This document shows positions 26,448-35,702 of a stretch of 64,000 nt of DNA, one piece after another. This stretch comes from Candidatus Woesearchaeota archaeon. GTDB lineage: Archaea; Nanobdellota; Nanobdellia; SCGC-AAA011-G17; UBA489. The first letter of the stretch is position 1, and each line of letters begins with the position of its first letter. Location of the stretch: assembly GCA_964366415.1 (NCBI GenBank), contig CAYITG010000001.1:650195-714194 (forward strand), in the 5' to 3' direction. The translations under genes were made by a program, and so were the position numbers. The notes under the pieces are model-generated. The model did not search any database, was not told the DNA's origin, and saw nothing but the letters and a program-made list of their open reading frames with translations.

Positions 26448-27448
26448 AACGTTCTCTTGTGCAATATCTGATCTGTCCTGTTTGTAAACACGAATCCCTT
26501 CGTCTTCATCCTTTTATTCATCATAAAGATGACACTCAAGAGGGTATTCTTCTTTGCGCATCGTGCAATCAATGGTATCTTATTGATGATTATATCTTAG
26601 AGATTTTACCACTTAATCTGAACATTCCAAGAAGAAAACAATTCTATCAAAAAAATATCCACTATTTCAAAGATCTTCATCTTCGTGAGTCTTCATTATC
26701 TCATTCTGATCATGCTACCCTTGAAAAAATTAAACAATCTACTTTTTTCGATGATTTCTCTGGCCACTATGTTCTTGAAACTCAAACCTTTTGGAGAGTT
26801 TATTATGAACGCACGCTTCATTTCTTTCAACGCACTCTTGGAAGGAAAAGCTTTATTCTTGATATTGGATGCGGCAATGGACTTGGCTCTGCTTCGCTTT
26901 TACAAGATCATACTGTGATTGGCGTTGATATCTCCCGCAGTATGGTTAAGAATGCTCTCAAACGACTTGCTGCGCAACCACACTCTCTAAGCACTTACCT
27001 TATTGCTGATGCTGAGAACTTGCCTTTCAAGAAAAATATTTTTGATGCTTGCATAGGCTTTGGCATCTTACATCATGTTGTTCATCCAGACACTTGTATT
27101 GGAGAAATTTCCCGCACTCTGAAAAAAGGTGGATCTTACTATGGACATGAAAATAACAAAACTGTTTTTCGTCCTTTTTTTGATTTTTTGATGAAAATCT
27201 TCACCTTGTGGTCAGAGGAAGCAGGTGAGCATCAACTTCTTTCTTCTGATGAACTTCGCCTCTTATGCAAACGCTATGGTTTGGCTGTAGATATACACAC
27301 TTGTATTTTCCTTCCTCCCCATATTTTTAATTTCCTTGATTATTCCTTTGCTAGAAAACTTATGGACTGGAGCGACAACCTTTTTCATTCTTTCCCCTGG
27401 TTACGACAGCAGGGCGGAACTCTTGTTTTTCGTGCGCGCAAATATTAA
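26444..27448 (+). CDS. SAM-dependent methyltransferase with an N-terminal Trm112-like zinc-ribbon domain
   Basis: It has CPVC...CASC (Trm112/UPF0434-like) and a motif I ILDIGCGNGLGS. Confidence 0.7.
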   Translation: MKRSLVQYLICPVCKHESLRLHPFIHHKDDTQEGILLCASCNQWYLIDDYILEILPLNLNIPRRKQFYQKNIHYFKDLHLRESSLSHSDHATLEKIKQSTFFDDFSGHYVLETQTFWRVYYERTLHFFQRTLGRKSFILDIGCGNGLGSASLLQDHTVIGVDISRSMVKNALKRLAAQPHSLSTYLIADAENLPFKKNIFDACIGFGILHHVVHPDTCIGEISRTLKKGGSYYGHENNKTVFRPFFDFLMKIFTLWSEEAGEHQLLSSDELRLLCKRYGLAVDIHTCIFLPPHIFNFLDYSFARKLMDWSDNLFHSFPWLRQQGGTLVFRARKY

Positions 27449-28974
27449 TTTGCTGCATTTGTTGTGTTTATAGTATACAAACAAACTTCTTCGTCCTTTT
27501 TTATTTCTTCAAAATCACATTCTTTAAATCTTTGGCATTGCGGGTCTATGGCAAGGATATTTGTCGTATTAAAAAACATCATTTCATTCCTAAACTCCAT
27601 GCACGTCAGATTGTCATTTTGTTTTGTGAATTTTTCTAACCTTAACAAGTACTCACTAGATGCTAAGGGCGGCGACCATCCTTCCGGAGTGCTTAGATTG
27701 TGGTAAATGCTTGCGTATGCATATAGTGGCTTTGAGTATGGTGTCGGATACTCTGCCGTATCTAAGGGGCCTAGAATAATAAATTTGTCATTTACCTCTG
27801 AAAATATCTCTATCATTCTTTTCTCTAAAGGAGTATTTTCTCTGAACCAGGGTGTGTATAGCATATTCATCCCAACACTCCCTATTATCACTGCAATCAT
27901 GAACCCAGGAATAATTTTTTTCTTTATGCCTTGCATGATCCATTGTTCTTCCTTGAAAAAGACTGTTAAAATGCAAAATAAGAAAAACATCAAATAAGGA
28001 TCTTGAGAAATGTTTCTTAAAAGTGGAATTAAGGTTGTTATTCTCGATGTGTATGCTGCTGCGAGTATGCCTATCGGCACATAAAACATCCTTTCTCTCC
28101 TTGGTGTATCTGTTCTTTTAAGGTAAGCATAGATAAGAATGATTAATATTAGGGGAATAATGAATGCCAGCATGTTTGTTATCATTGTTTCTTTCGTAAA
28201 TTCAAACACTCTCTTTCCTTCATGAAATGCAAGCAAAGAAGAAGCACTTAAACCCTTAAGAAAATCCAGGATCCACCATGACGCCAGCACAAATGATAAC
28301 AAGAAACTACTAACAATCATCATCCTTTCTTTTTTGTCTTTTTTATACAAGAAAAGAGAGAGAAAAAATACTGCTGCTAGAATTGTTTCTTGATAATGTG
28401 TTATTAACATTGCTGCATAAATCACGCTGCTCAAAAGAAAAATCTTGTTTATTCTCTTTTCTTTGAAATACCATATTATAGAGAATAGCAGCACTAATAA
28501 AATCAAATTTAACATTGCATGCTGCCTGCCATTCCTGATCACACTTCCTATCATTGATGCATTTGCGAAAAATAATATAAACCACGCCAGGCTACTTGTT
28601 CTTGTCAGACGCATTCTTTTACCAAAGTAAAGACTGACCAATCCAGCAATGATAAAGAGAGCAACCATAGAAGCATATGTTGCAACATTCACATTACCAA
28701 AAAGCGTATACAAAGGATATGCGAAGAAATACCATCCAGGAGAGTTTATTTGAAGGTGAATGAATCCATTATACCAATAGTGACAAAATTCATGAAAACC
28801 ACATACTTTTAGAAAATGCAGTTGCGCCATATACGCGCTGAGATCATTTGTAGCATCGAATGGAAATGTTCCTATTAATTTTGCCTGATTGACTAATCTT
28901 ACTATCAGATTTATACTTCCTATGAGTATAATGGCAATTTTCCAATGTTTTTCCACTCCTTCTTGGATTGACAT
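27445..28974 (-). CDS. polytopic membrane protein (possible GT-C glycosyltransferase or polymerase-like)
   Basis: It is 509 aa with ~12 TM segments and sits in the glycosylation island. It has no diagnostic motif. Confidence 0.35.
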   Translation of the reverse strand: MSIQEGVEKHWKIAIILIGSINLIVRLVNQAKLIGTFPFDATNDLSAYMAQLHFLKVCGFHEFCHYWYNGFIHLQINSPGWYFFAYPLYTLFGNVNVATYASMVALFIIAGLVSLYFGKRMRLTRTSSLAWFILFFANASMIGSVIRNGRQHAMLNLILLVLLFSIIWYFKEKRINKIFLLSSVIYAAMLITHYQETILAAVFFLSLFLYKKDKKERMMIVSSFLLSFVLASWWILDFLKGLSASSLLAFHEGKRVFEFTKETMITNMLAFIIPLILIILIYAYLKRTDTPRRERMFYVPIGILAAAYTSRITTLIPLLRNISQDPYLMFFLFCILTVFFKEEQWIMQGIKKKIIPGFMIAVIIGSVGMNMLYTPWFRENTPLEKRMIEIFSEVNDKFIILGPLDTAEYPTPYSKPLYAYASIYHNLSTPEGWSPPLASSEYLLRLEKFTKQNDNLTCMEFRNEMMFFNTTNILAIDPQCQRFKECDFEEIKKDEEVCLYTINTTNAAN

Positions 28975-29026
28975 TTCTTTTCCTTTATTCGAAATCCTTT
29001 TATATACTTTGTTTACGCCTTTTATT

Positions 29027-30031
29027 ATGCTCCTTATCTTTTTTTGTGCATTTTTGAGCTTTATCGTAGTTTGGCTTCTTACTCCTTGGCTTATTCGTTA
29101 TTTACGTCGTATTGGACTTCTTGTTCAAGATGCGAATAAGGAACATAAACCTCTTGTTCCCTTGTCAGGAGGGCTTGTTGTTTTTTCTGGCTTTTTTACT
29201 GGCATGATGTTTTTTATTTTTCATCGTACTTTTCTCTCTCAACATGTTACTGGAGGCATCCTTTTAGATACATATGATCTTCTTCTGCTCTTAAGCGGGA
29301 TTACCACTATTCTCATTATTACTTTTGTTGGATTTCTCGATGATCTTGTCATCAAAGCAAATAAAGAAAGTTCTTCTGGTTTACGTCAATGGCAAAAACC
29401 ATTACTCACTCTTGTTGCTGCTGTTCCTTTGATGGTCGTCAATGCAGGTGTTGACACCATGATTGTTCCTTTCATTGGCCGCGTTAATTTTGGCATTCTT
29501 TATCCTCTCTTACTCGTTCCTTTGGGTATTGTTGGGGCTTCGAATATGGTCAATATGCTTGCTGGTTTTAATGGCATGGAAACCGGCATGGGGCTTGTTT
29601 ATATTGGCATGTTGGGACTCTATGCTTATACTCATGATCGCTACCTTGCCGCGTTGATTGCTCTTCTGTTATGGGTTGCCCTCCTTGCGTTTTTTTTCTT
29701 TAACAAATATCCTGCAAAGATTTTGCCGGGAGATTCATTGACTTATCTCTTAGGCGGAAGTTTGGCCGTCATTGCTATCTTGGGAAATATGGAACGAGCC
29801 GCCATTATTGCTTCTATTCCCTTCTTTATTGAATTCCTTTTGAAGATGCGTGGCAAATTAAAAGTAGCTAGTTATGGATACTACAAGAATGGTTGCGTGA
29901 TGTCACATTATACTAAAATCTATTCTATCCCTCATTTCTTCACTATCACCGGCAAATTCACGGAACGACAAATCACTTTGTTTATGATGCTCATCTCTCT
30001 TTTCTTTTCCTTATTGATGTGGGTCGTGTGA
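29027..30031 (+). CDS. UDP-GlcNAc:dolichyl-phosphate GlcNAc-1-phosphate transferase family (AglH/WecA/MraY-like)
   Basis: TM1 is followed by RRIGLLVQDANKEHKPLVPLSGGL. It has a DDxxD-like motif (FLDDLV) and an NMVNMLAGFNGME motif. The start was chosen at the internal ATG because the longer ORF would overlap the 5' end of the divergent gene. Confidence 0.75.
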   Translation: MLLIFFCAFLSFIVVWLLTPWLIRYLRRIGLLVQDANKEHKPLVPLSGGLVVFSGFFTGMMFFIFHRTFLSQHVTGGILLDTYDLLLLLSGITTILIITFVGFLDDLVIKANKESSSGLRQWQKPLLTLVAAVPLMVVNAGVDTMIVPFIGRVNFGILYPLLLVPLGIVGASNMVNMLAGFNGMETGMGLVYIGMLGLYAYTHDRYLAALIALLLWVALLAFFFFNKYPAKILPGDSLTYLLGGSLAVIAILGNMERAAIIASIPFFIEFLLKMRGKLKVASYGYYKNGCVMSHYTKIYSIPHFFTITGKFTERQITLFMMLISLFFSLLMWVV

Positions 30032-30032
30032 T

Positions 30033-31301
30033 ATGGACTTACGAACATTACTTAAAAAAAATGGACTTGTTCGAGATAATATTATTTTTTTCATTACTTC
30101 GATGGCTCTTAATTTGATTGGATTTTTTTATCATGCATATATGGGCAGAGTTCTTGGACCAACTCAGTATAGCATTTTAGGCGTATCACAGACTTTGTTA
30201 TACCTCCTTAATGTCATTCTCAATGTCATTCAAACTTCTATTGCCAGATTTATTTCAAAATATAAAGCACTTAAAGATGAGGCTTCTATGAACTATTTAT
30301 TTGTGCATGGACTTTCTTATCTTTTTTTCTGGGGAGTTCTTTCCTTGGGACTATTCTTGCTCTTAGGTGTTTTTTTAACTGATTTTTTACATATCCCTTT
30401 TGTTGTTTACCTTTACTTAGGGTTGATTGTTCCCTTTGTATACCTGCTTGCCCTTACGCGTGGGCTTTTACAAGGATTGCAATCTTTTATTAGTTTAGGA
30501 TTGAATAACATTAGTGAAGGCGCTATTAAGCTTGCTGTAGGCGTTGGACTTGTTGTTTTTGGATGGGGTGTTGGTGGAGCTGTTTTAGGTGTTACACTTT
30601 CTTATGTCGGCGCTTTTCTTTTTTCATTATATCCTTTGCGCCACCTCTTTGGACGCCCACAGAAAAAAGTTGAACGCAAGCTCTTAATAGATTATTCACT
30701 CCCAGTATTATTTGTTTTGTTAACACTCACTGCTTTGTATAGTTTTGATGTTCTTTTAGTGAAGCATTACCTTACTGAGCATGAAGCAGGACTTTATGCC
30801 GCTGCTTCCCTTATTGGAAAAATAGTTTTCTTTGCCACACTTTCTGTTGCTATGGTCATGTTTCCCAAAGTTGCAGAATCTTTCGAACGCAAATCTGCTG
30901 TCCATGTCAAGAAAGTGCTTAATACTTCTTTGTTCTTTATTTTTCTCATGTCTTTAGGCATTTTTGTTTTTTATCTCTTATTTCCTCAATTTATTGTTCT
31001 TGTACTCTTTGGAAAGAATTATCTTGAGATTACGCCTATTTTGTGGTTGTTTGCTTTATTGTATTGTATCTTTTCGTTTATTTATTCATTAAGTATGTAT
31101 AACCTTTCTATTCACCGTTATTCTTTTGTTTATTTTATCATTCTGATGAACATCGTTGAGGCTGGATTGATTGTATTGTATCATAACACCCTTCGTACTG
31201 TCTTAACTGTTGTTGTTAGCGTTATGGCTGTGTTGTTGATGTATTTGGTGTGGTACACTTATAGTTATAATCTTGAAGAGAAGATGAGAAGCAACGCATG
31301 A
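30033..31301 (+). CDS. MOP-superfamily oligosaccharide flippase (Wzx/AglR-like)
   Basis: It is 422 aa with ~12 TM segments and an N-terminal motif typical of polysaccharide biosynthesis protein flippases. Confidence 0.6.
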   Translation: MDLRTLLKKNGLVRDNIIFFITSMALNLIGFFYHAYMGRVLGPTQYSILGVSQTLLYLLNVILNVIQTSIARFISKYKALKDEASMNYLFVHGLSYLFFWGVLSLGLFLLLGVFLTDFLHIPFVVYLYLGLIVPFVYLLALTRGLLQGLQSFISLGLNNISEGAIKLAVGVGLVVFGWGVGGAVLGVTLSYVGAFLFSLYPLRHLFGRPQKKVERKLLIDYSLPVLFVLLTLTALYSFDVLLVKHYLTEHEAGLYAAASLIGKIVFFATLSVAMVMFPKVAESFERKSAVHVKKVLNTSLFFIFLMSLGIFVFYLLFPQFIVLVLFGKNYLEITPILWLFALLYCIFSFIYSLSMYNLSIHRYSFVYFIILMNIVEAGLIVLYHNTLRTVLTVVVSVMAVLLMYLVWYTYSYNLEEKMRSNA

Positions 31302-32062
31302 AAACAACCATTATCATTCCTGCATACAATGAAGAACGTCGCATTATTCCCATGCTCGAGGATTATTGCAGCTACTTCTCTCGACTCCCTAGGAAAGACA
31401 TCGATCTTTTTGTTATACTCAATGGATGCAAGGATCACACTTTAGATATTGTGAAGCGCTTTGCAAAAAAATATTCTTTTTTGCATTACATTAATATTAA
31501 AGAAGGCATTGGCAAGGGTGGAGCAGTTCTTGAAGGCTTCAAGCGTGCACGCAGCTATTTTGTCGGATTTGCGGATGCAGATGGATCTACACGGGCGCAA
31601 TATTATCATGATTTAATGAAGAAGATTGGTGATGCTGATGGCATTATTGCTTCGAGATGGATGAAAGATTCCGTTGTTGAACCTCGACAACCTTTTTCTA
31701 GGAGATTTGCTTCACGTGCGTTTAACATTCTTGTTCGTATTTTCTTTGGATTGCGTTATCATGACACTCAATGTGGCTTTAAATTGTTTAAAACAAAAAC
31801 TATTCACACCATTTTACCTTATTTGGGAATGACGCGTTGGGCTTTTGATGTTGATGTTTTATATCATTTGAAAAAACATGGATTTACTGTCAAAGAAATT
31901 CCTACGGTGTGGAAAGATAGTGTTGGTTCTACCATTCGTGTGCCTAAAGTTTCTTTTGAAATGTTTTTAGCCCTTGTTCGCTTACGTTTATTATATTCTC
32001 CCTTTCGCTTTTTAGTGGGTGTTTATAACCGCCTTTTTTCTGCTTTTGGCATTAAGTTTTAA
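31298..32062 (+). CDS. GT2 glycosyltransferase, Dol-P-sugar synthase-like
   Basis: It has TIIIPAYNEERRI, an ADADGS (DxD) motif, and a C-terminal WAFDVDVLYHLKKHGFTVKEIPTVW. Confidence 0.75.
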   Translation: MKTTIIIPAYNEERRIIPMLEDYCSYFSRLPRKDIDLFVILNGCKDHTLDIVKRFAKKYSFLHYINIKEGIGKGGAVLEGFKRARSYFVGFADADGSTRAQYYHDLMKKIGDADGIIASRWMKDSVVEPRQPFSRRFASRAFNILVRIFFGLRYHDTQCGFKLFKTKTIHTILPYLGMTRWAFDVDVLYHLKKHGFTVKEIPTVWKDSVGSTIRVPKVSFEMFLALVRLRLLYSPFRFLVGVYNRLFSAFGIKF

Positions 32063-32097
32063 TAAGTTTTATAAATTGGGTCTTTGGCAGGAGTATC

Positions 32098-33858
32098 ATG
32101 GATCATTACATCCTTGGCATGACTTTAGGACACAATGCAACTGCAGCCATTTCTCATAATGGCCATATTATTGCCTGCGCTAGCGAAGAAAGATTTGCAC
32201 GAATAAAAAACATTTATGGCTATCCTGAAAAAGCTGTGCGCTATTGCTTGCATCAGACAGGCATCACCCCTGCGGAATTGAGCTTGGTTGTTTTATCTAG
32301 CCATATCACTCCTCCTTTGAAATTAACTTCTGGAGGATTACGAGAAGAATCGCGTGAGGATTCTTTAAGTTGGTTTACTCTCTTTTCAAAAATTAGGAAT
32401 CATGCAGGAAAAGTGAAGTCCTTTGAAACTTTTGGATATAAAAATATTGCACCTCTTTTATCTAAAATGACTCATAAAAAAAGAGTTGCTATTTTAAGTT
32501 CCTTACTTGAGATACCTCCGGAGAAATTTGTTTCTAGTGAACACCATCTTACTCATGCCTTCTCCGCTCTATTCTCTAGCCCTTTCTTTCAGACATCTCA
32601 ACAGAAAATCCTTGCAATTACTGTTGATGGAGAAGGGGACATGCTCTCTTCAAGTGTAGGCATTTTTGATCCTGCGACCTTATATTATCATCGCATTGCG
32701 CAATCCTCTTACTCGGAATCCTTAGGACATTTTTATAGCGCAGTGACTTCCTATTTGGGAATGAAAGTTTTAGAGCACGAGTATAAAGTTATGGGACTCG
32801 CTCCTTATTCATATACTCCGCAGGCAGATACTCTTTACAATAAACTTAAAGAATACTTATGGGTTGATGATGATTTACGCATTCGAACCAAGATTCATAG
32901 CCATCATTTTCATACCTTATTTCAGGATCTTTTCAAAGGTATACGGTTTGATTATATTGCTGCAGCTGCGCAAAAACTTGTTGAAACACTTCTTGTTGAC
33001 CTTGTTAAAAAAGCAGTCAAAAAAACTGGCTTGTCCACTGTTGTTTTAGCGGGAGGAGTTTTCATGAATGTCAAGGCAAATCAGGAAATCTTGAAATTGG
33101 AAGAAGTGAAAAAACTTTTTATCATGCCTAGTTGTGGAGATGAATCTTTGCCCATTGGTAGCTGCTATTATGGTACATGGCTTCAACACAAGGAATTACT
33201 TAAAACTTTGCAGCCTTTAACAAATCTTTATTTAGGACCAGAGTATTCCCAGGAAGATATCGAACGTGCACTGCAACACCATTCTTTTGATTATAAAAAC
33301 TATGACAAAAAAATTAATATTGAGGTATCGCGATTATTAGCTGAAGGACATATTGTTGCGCGCTTCGATGGCAGAATGGAATTTGGAGCTCGCGCTTTGG
33401 GAAATAGGAGCATCTTAGCCGATGCGTCGAATGGTGATGTTATTGATATTATCAATCGCATGGTTAAGATGAGAGATTTCTGGATGCCTTTTGCTCCTTC
33501 TGTCTTAGAAGAATATGCTCAGCTTTATATTAAAAATCCTGAACTTCTTCAGAAAACTCAACCCTATTTTATGATGCACGCCTTTGAAACTACTCCTTTA
33601 GCGCAAAAAGATTTGAAAGCAGCTATGCACCCTTATGATAAAACTATTCGCCCCCAGATTGTTCACAAGGCTCATAACCCTAAATATCACGAACTCTTAA
33701 CCTATTACATGAAAAGAACAGGAAGATATGGCTTCCTTAATACCTCTTTCAATATTCATGGCGAGCCCATTGTATGCAGCCCTGAAGATGCACTCCATAC
33801 GCTTAAAAATTCTGGTTTACATTATCTTTCTCTGGGTAATTTTTTAGTTTGGAAGTAA
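32098..33858 (+). CDS. carbamoyltransferase (NodU/CmcH family)
   Basis: The N-terminus reads ILGMTLGHNATAAISHNGHIIACASEERFARIKN, the classic NodU start. The length is 586 aa. Confidence 0.8.
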   Translation: MDHYILGMTLGHNATAAISHNGHIIACASEERFARIKNIYGYPEKAVRYCLHQTGITPAELSLVVLSSHITPPLKLTSGGLREESREDSLSWFTLFSKIRNHAGKVKSFETFGYKNIAPLLSKMTHKKRVAILSSLLEIPPEKFVSSEHHLTHAFSALFSSPFFQTSQQKILAITVDGEGDMLSSSVGIFDPATLYYHRIAQSSYSESLGHFYSAVTSYLGMKVLEHEYKVMGLAPYSYTPQADTLYNKLKEYLWVDDDLRIRTKIHSHHFHTLFQDLFKGIRFDYIAAAAQKLVETLLVDLVKKAVKKTGLSTVVLAGGVFMNVKANQEILKLEEVKKLFIMPSCGDESLPIGSCYYGTWLQHKELLKTLQPLTNLYLGPEYSQEDIERALQHHSFDYKNYDKKINIEVSRLLAEGHIVARFDGRMEFGARALGNRSILADASNGDVIDIINRMVKMRDFWMPFAPSVLEEYAQLYIKNPELLQKTQPYFMMHAFETTPLAQKDLKAAMHPYDKTIRPQIVHKAHNPKYHELLTYYMKRTGRYGFLNTSFNIHGEPIVCSPEDALHTLKNSGLHYLSLGNFLVWK

Positions 33859-34914
33859 ATGAAAAAAATCATCATCTTGATGCTGGCTGGAATTGGGGAC
33901 AGCTTGTTAGCTACACCTATGCTTACTTCCCTTCGGAAAATGTATCCTGATGCACACATTTCTGTTTTGGTTATGTATGATGCTGTCCGTGATACTCTCC
34001 TCAGAAACAAAGATATTGACGAGGTAATCTTTTTTGATTTTATGCGGCAAGGATATTGGAAATCTCTTTTCTTTGCTCTTCGCCTGAGAAAAAATCATTA
34101 TGATCTTAGTATCTTGGCTTATCCTGCAAATCGATTTCAGCACAACTTCCTCAGTTTTGTGATAGGTGCCAGGAGACGCATCGCGCACCTTTATGATGTT
34201 CATCGTTTACGATCATTAAGCTTCTTGGAAACAGAACGCCTTCCCATAAATGCACAAACCCACACCATTGATGAGAACTTAAAACTCCTCACGTTTTTAG
34301 ATCACGATGTTCCAACATCCTCACGAAAAATGACTTTTTCTTTAACTCAGGAAGAGAAAAATTTTGCTGAAAATTATTTAAAAGAACGTGCCATTACAAA
34401 ACATGATTTTATTATTGGGATCCACGCCGGATCAAGTGAATTAGCAGGAATGACTTTAAAACGTTGGCCAGCAGAAAAATTTGCCCAGCTCTGCGATCGA
34501 CTCATTGAGCAAAGAAAAGCAAAAATTCTTCTTTTTGGCGGTAACAACGAAATTGCTCTCAAGCAGGAAATTGCTGACCTTATGACACATAAACCTCTTT
34601 TTGTCAATAGCATTACTTTTTTTCAAAGTGTAGCATTAATTTCTCGATGTTCCGGATTTATATGTAATGATACTGGTCTTATGCACCTCGCCTCATTCTT
34701 TAATATTCCTACTGTTGTTGTTACTGGGCACATCAATCCTATCAAGACACAGCCACTACATCATCGTTCACGTATTCTTGTTCCTGATTTTGTTTGCAAG
34801 CCTTACCATATTGGTGAAAACTTAACTTGTCTCTATCAGGGAACTCCAAATTATTGCCTTAATAGGATTTCTGTTGATGATGCTTATCGCGCCTTTATGG
34901 GGGTACTATCATGA
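33859..34914 (+). CDS. GT9 family glycosyltransferase (heptosyltransferase-like)
   Basis: The N-terminus has LAGIGDSLLATP and the C-terminus has CNDTGLMHLASFFNIPTVVV (DTGxxHLA). Confidence 0.65.
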   Translation: MKKIIILMLAGIGDSLLATPMLTSLRKMYPDAHISVLVMYDAVRDTLLRNKDIDEVIFFDFMRQGYWKSLFFALRLRKNHYDLSILAYPANRFQHNFLSFVIGARRRIAHLYDVHRLRSLSFLETERLPINAQTHTIDENLKLLTFLDHDVPTSSRKMTFSLTQEEKNFAENYLKERAITKHDFIIGIHAGSSELAGMTLKRWPAEKFAQLCDRLIEQRKAKILLFGGNNEIALKQEIADLMTHKPLFVNSITFFQSVALISRCSGFICNDTGLMHLASFFNIPTVVVTGHINPIKTQPLHHRSRILVPDFVCKPYHIGENLTCLYQGTPNYCLNRISVDDAYRAFMGVLS

Positions 34915-35702
34915 AACCTCGCGTTTCTATTATTCTTACTACAAAAAATAATGAACACATTATTGAACGATGTTTGCGCTCTGTTGCTGAGCAAACGTAT
35001 CCTTATATTGAACTTATTGTTGTTGATAATTTTAGCATAGACCAAACACTTACAATTGCGCAACGCTTTACAAAGAAGACTTATTCTCACGGCCCTGAAC
35101 GAAGTGCACAACGTAACTATGGTTTTCGTCATGCGCAAGGAGACTATTTATTTTTTATTGATTCTGATATGGAACTTCAGCGTGATACTGTTCAAAAATG
35201 TATGCATATTACTAAGCAAGGCCATGGAGCCCTTATCGTTGATGAGCAGTTTATTGGCAGAGGATATTGGTCTCAGTGCAAAGCCTTGGAGAAACGATGC
35301 TATACTGGAACACAAGATGCAGAAGCGGCACGCTTTGTCAAAAAAACTTTATTTTTAAAGATCAAAGGATATGATGAACTTCTTACTGGCCCTGAAGATC
35401 TTGATCTTCATAAACGACTCATGCCTCTTACTTCTCTAGGACGTGCGTCTGGGATTATTCATCATGATGACTATTTGACATTCTCTTCTTTGCTCAAAAA
35501 ACGATTTTACTACTCGAGATCATTACGACGCTATTTTGCGAAACATCCGCAAGCGAAGCAACAAGAATTTCGCTTTATTCGTGTAGCTTTTTTGAAACGA
35601 TGGAAAATTTTAGCTGCTGATCCTTTTCATTCTTTAGGCCTCATCTTTCTCCGTGTAGGCGAGGGATTTGCTACTATACTTGCTCTCTTGAGGACACGTT
35701 AG
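34911..35702 (+). CDS. GT2 glycosyltransferase
   Basis: It has VSIILTTKNNE...VVDNFSIDQT and a DSDM DxD motif. Confidence 0.75.
   Translation: MKPRVSIILTTKNNEHIIERCLRSVAEQTYPYIELIVVDNFSIDQTLTIAQRFTKKTYSHGPERSAQRNYGFRHAQGDYLFFIDSDMELQRDTVQKCMHITKQGHGALIVDEQFIGRGYWSQCKALEKRCYTGTQDAEAARFVKKTLFLKIKGYDELLTGPEDLDLHKRLMPLTSLGRASGIIHHDDYLTFSSLLKKRFYYSRSLRRYFAKHPQAKQQEFRFIRVAFLKRWKILAADPFHSLGLIFLRVGEGFATILALLRTR

Noticed and set aside
28889-29026. Longer N-terminal extension of the GlcNAc-1-P transferase ORF
   Set aside because: It would overlap the start of the divergently transcribed gene 27445..28974 by ~85 nt. WecA/MraY-family proteins begin at the first TM helix, which the internal Met (29027) provides.
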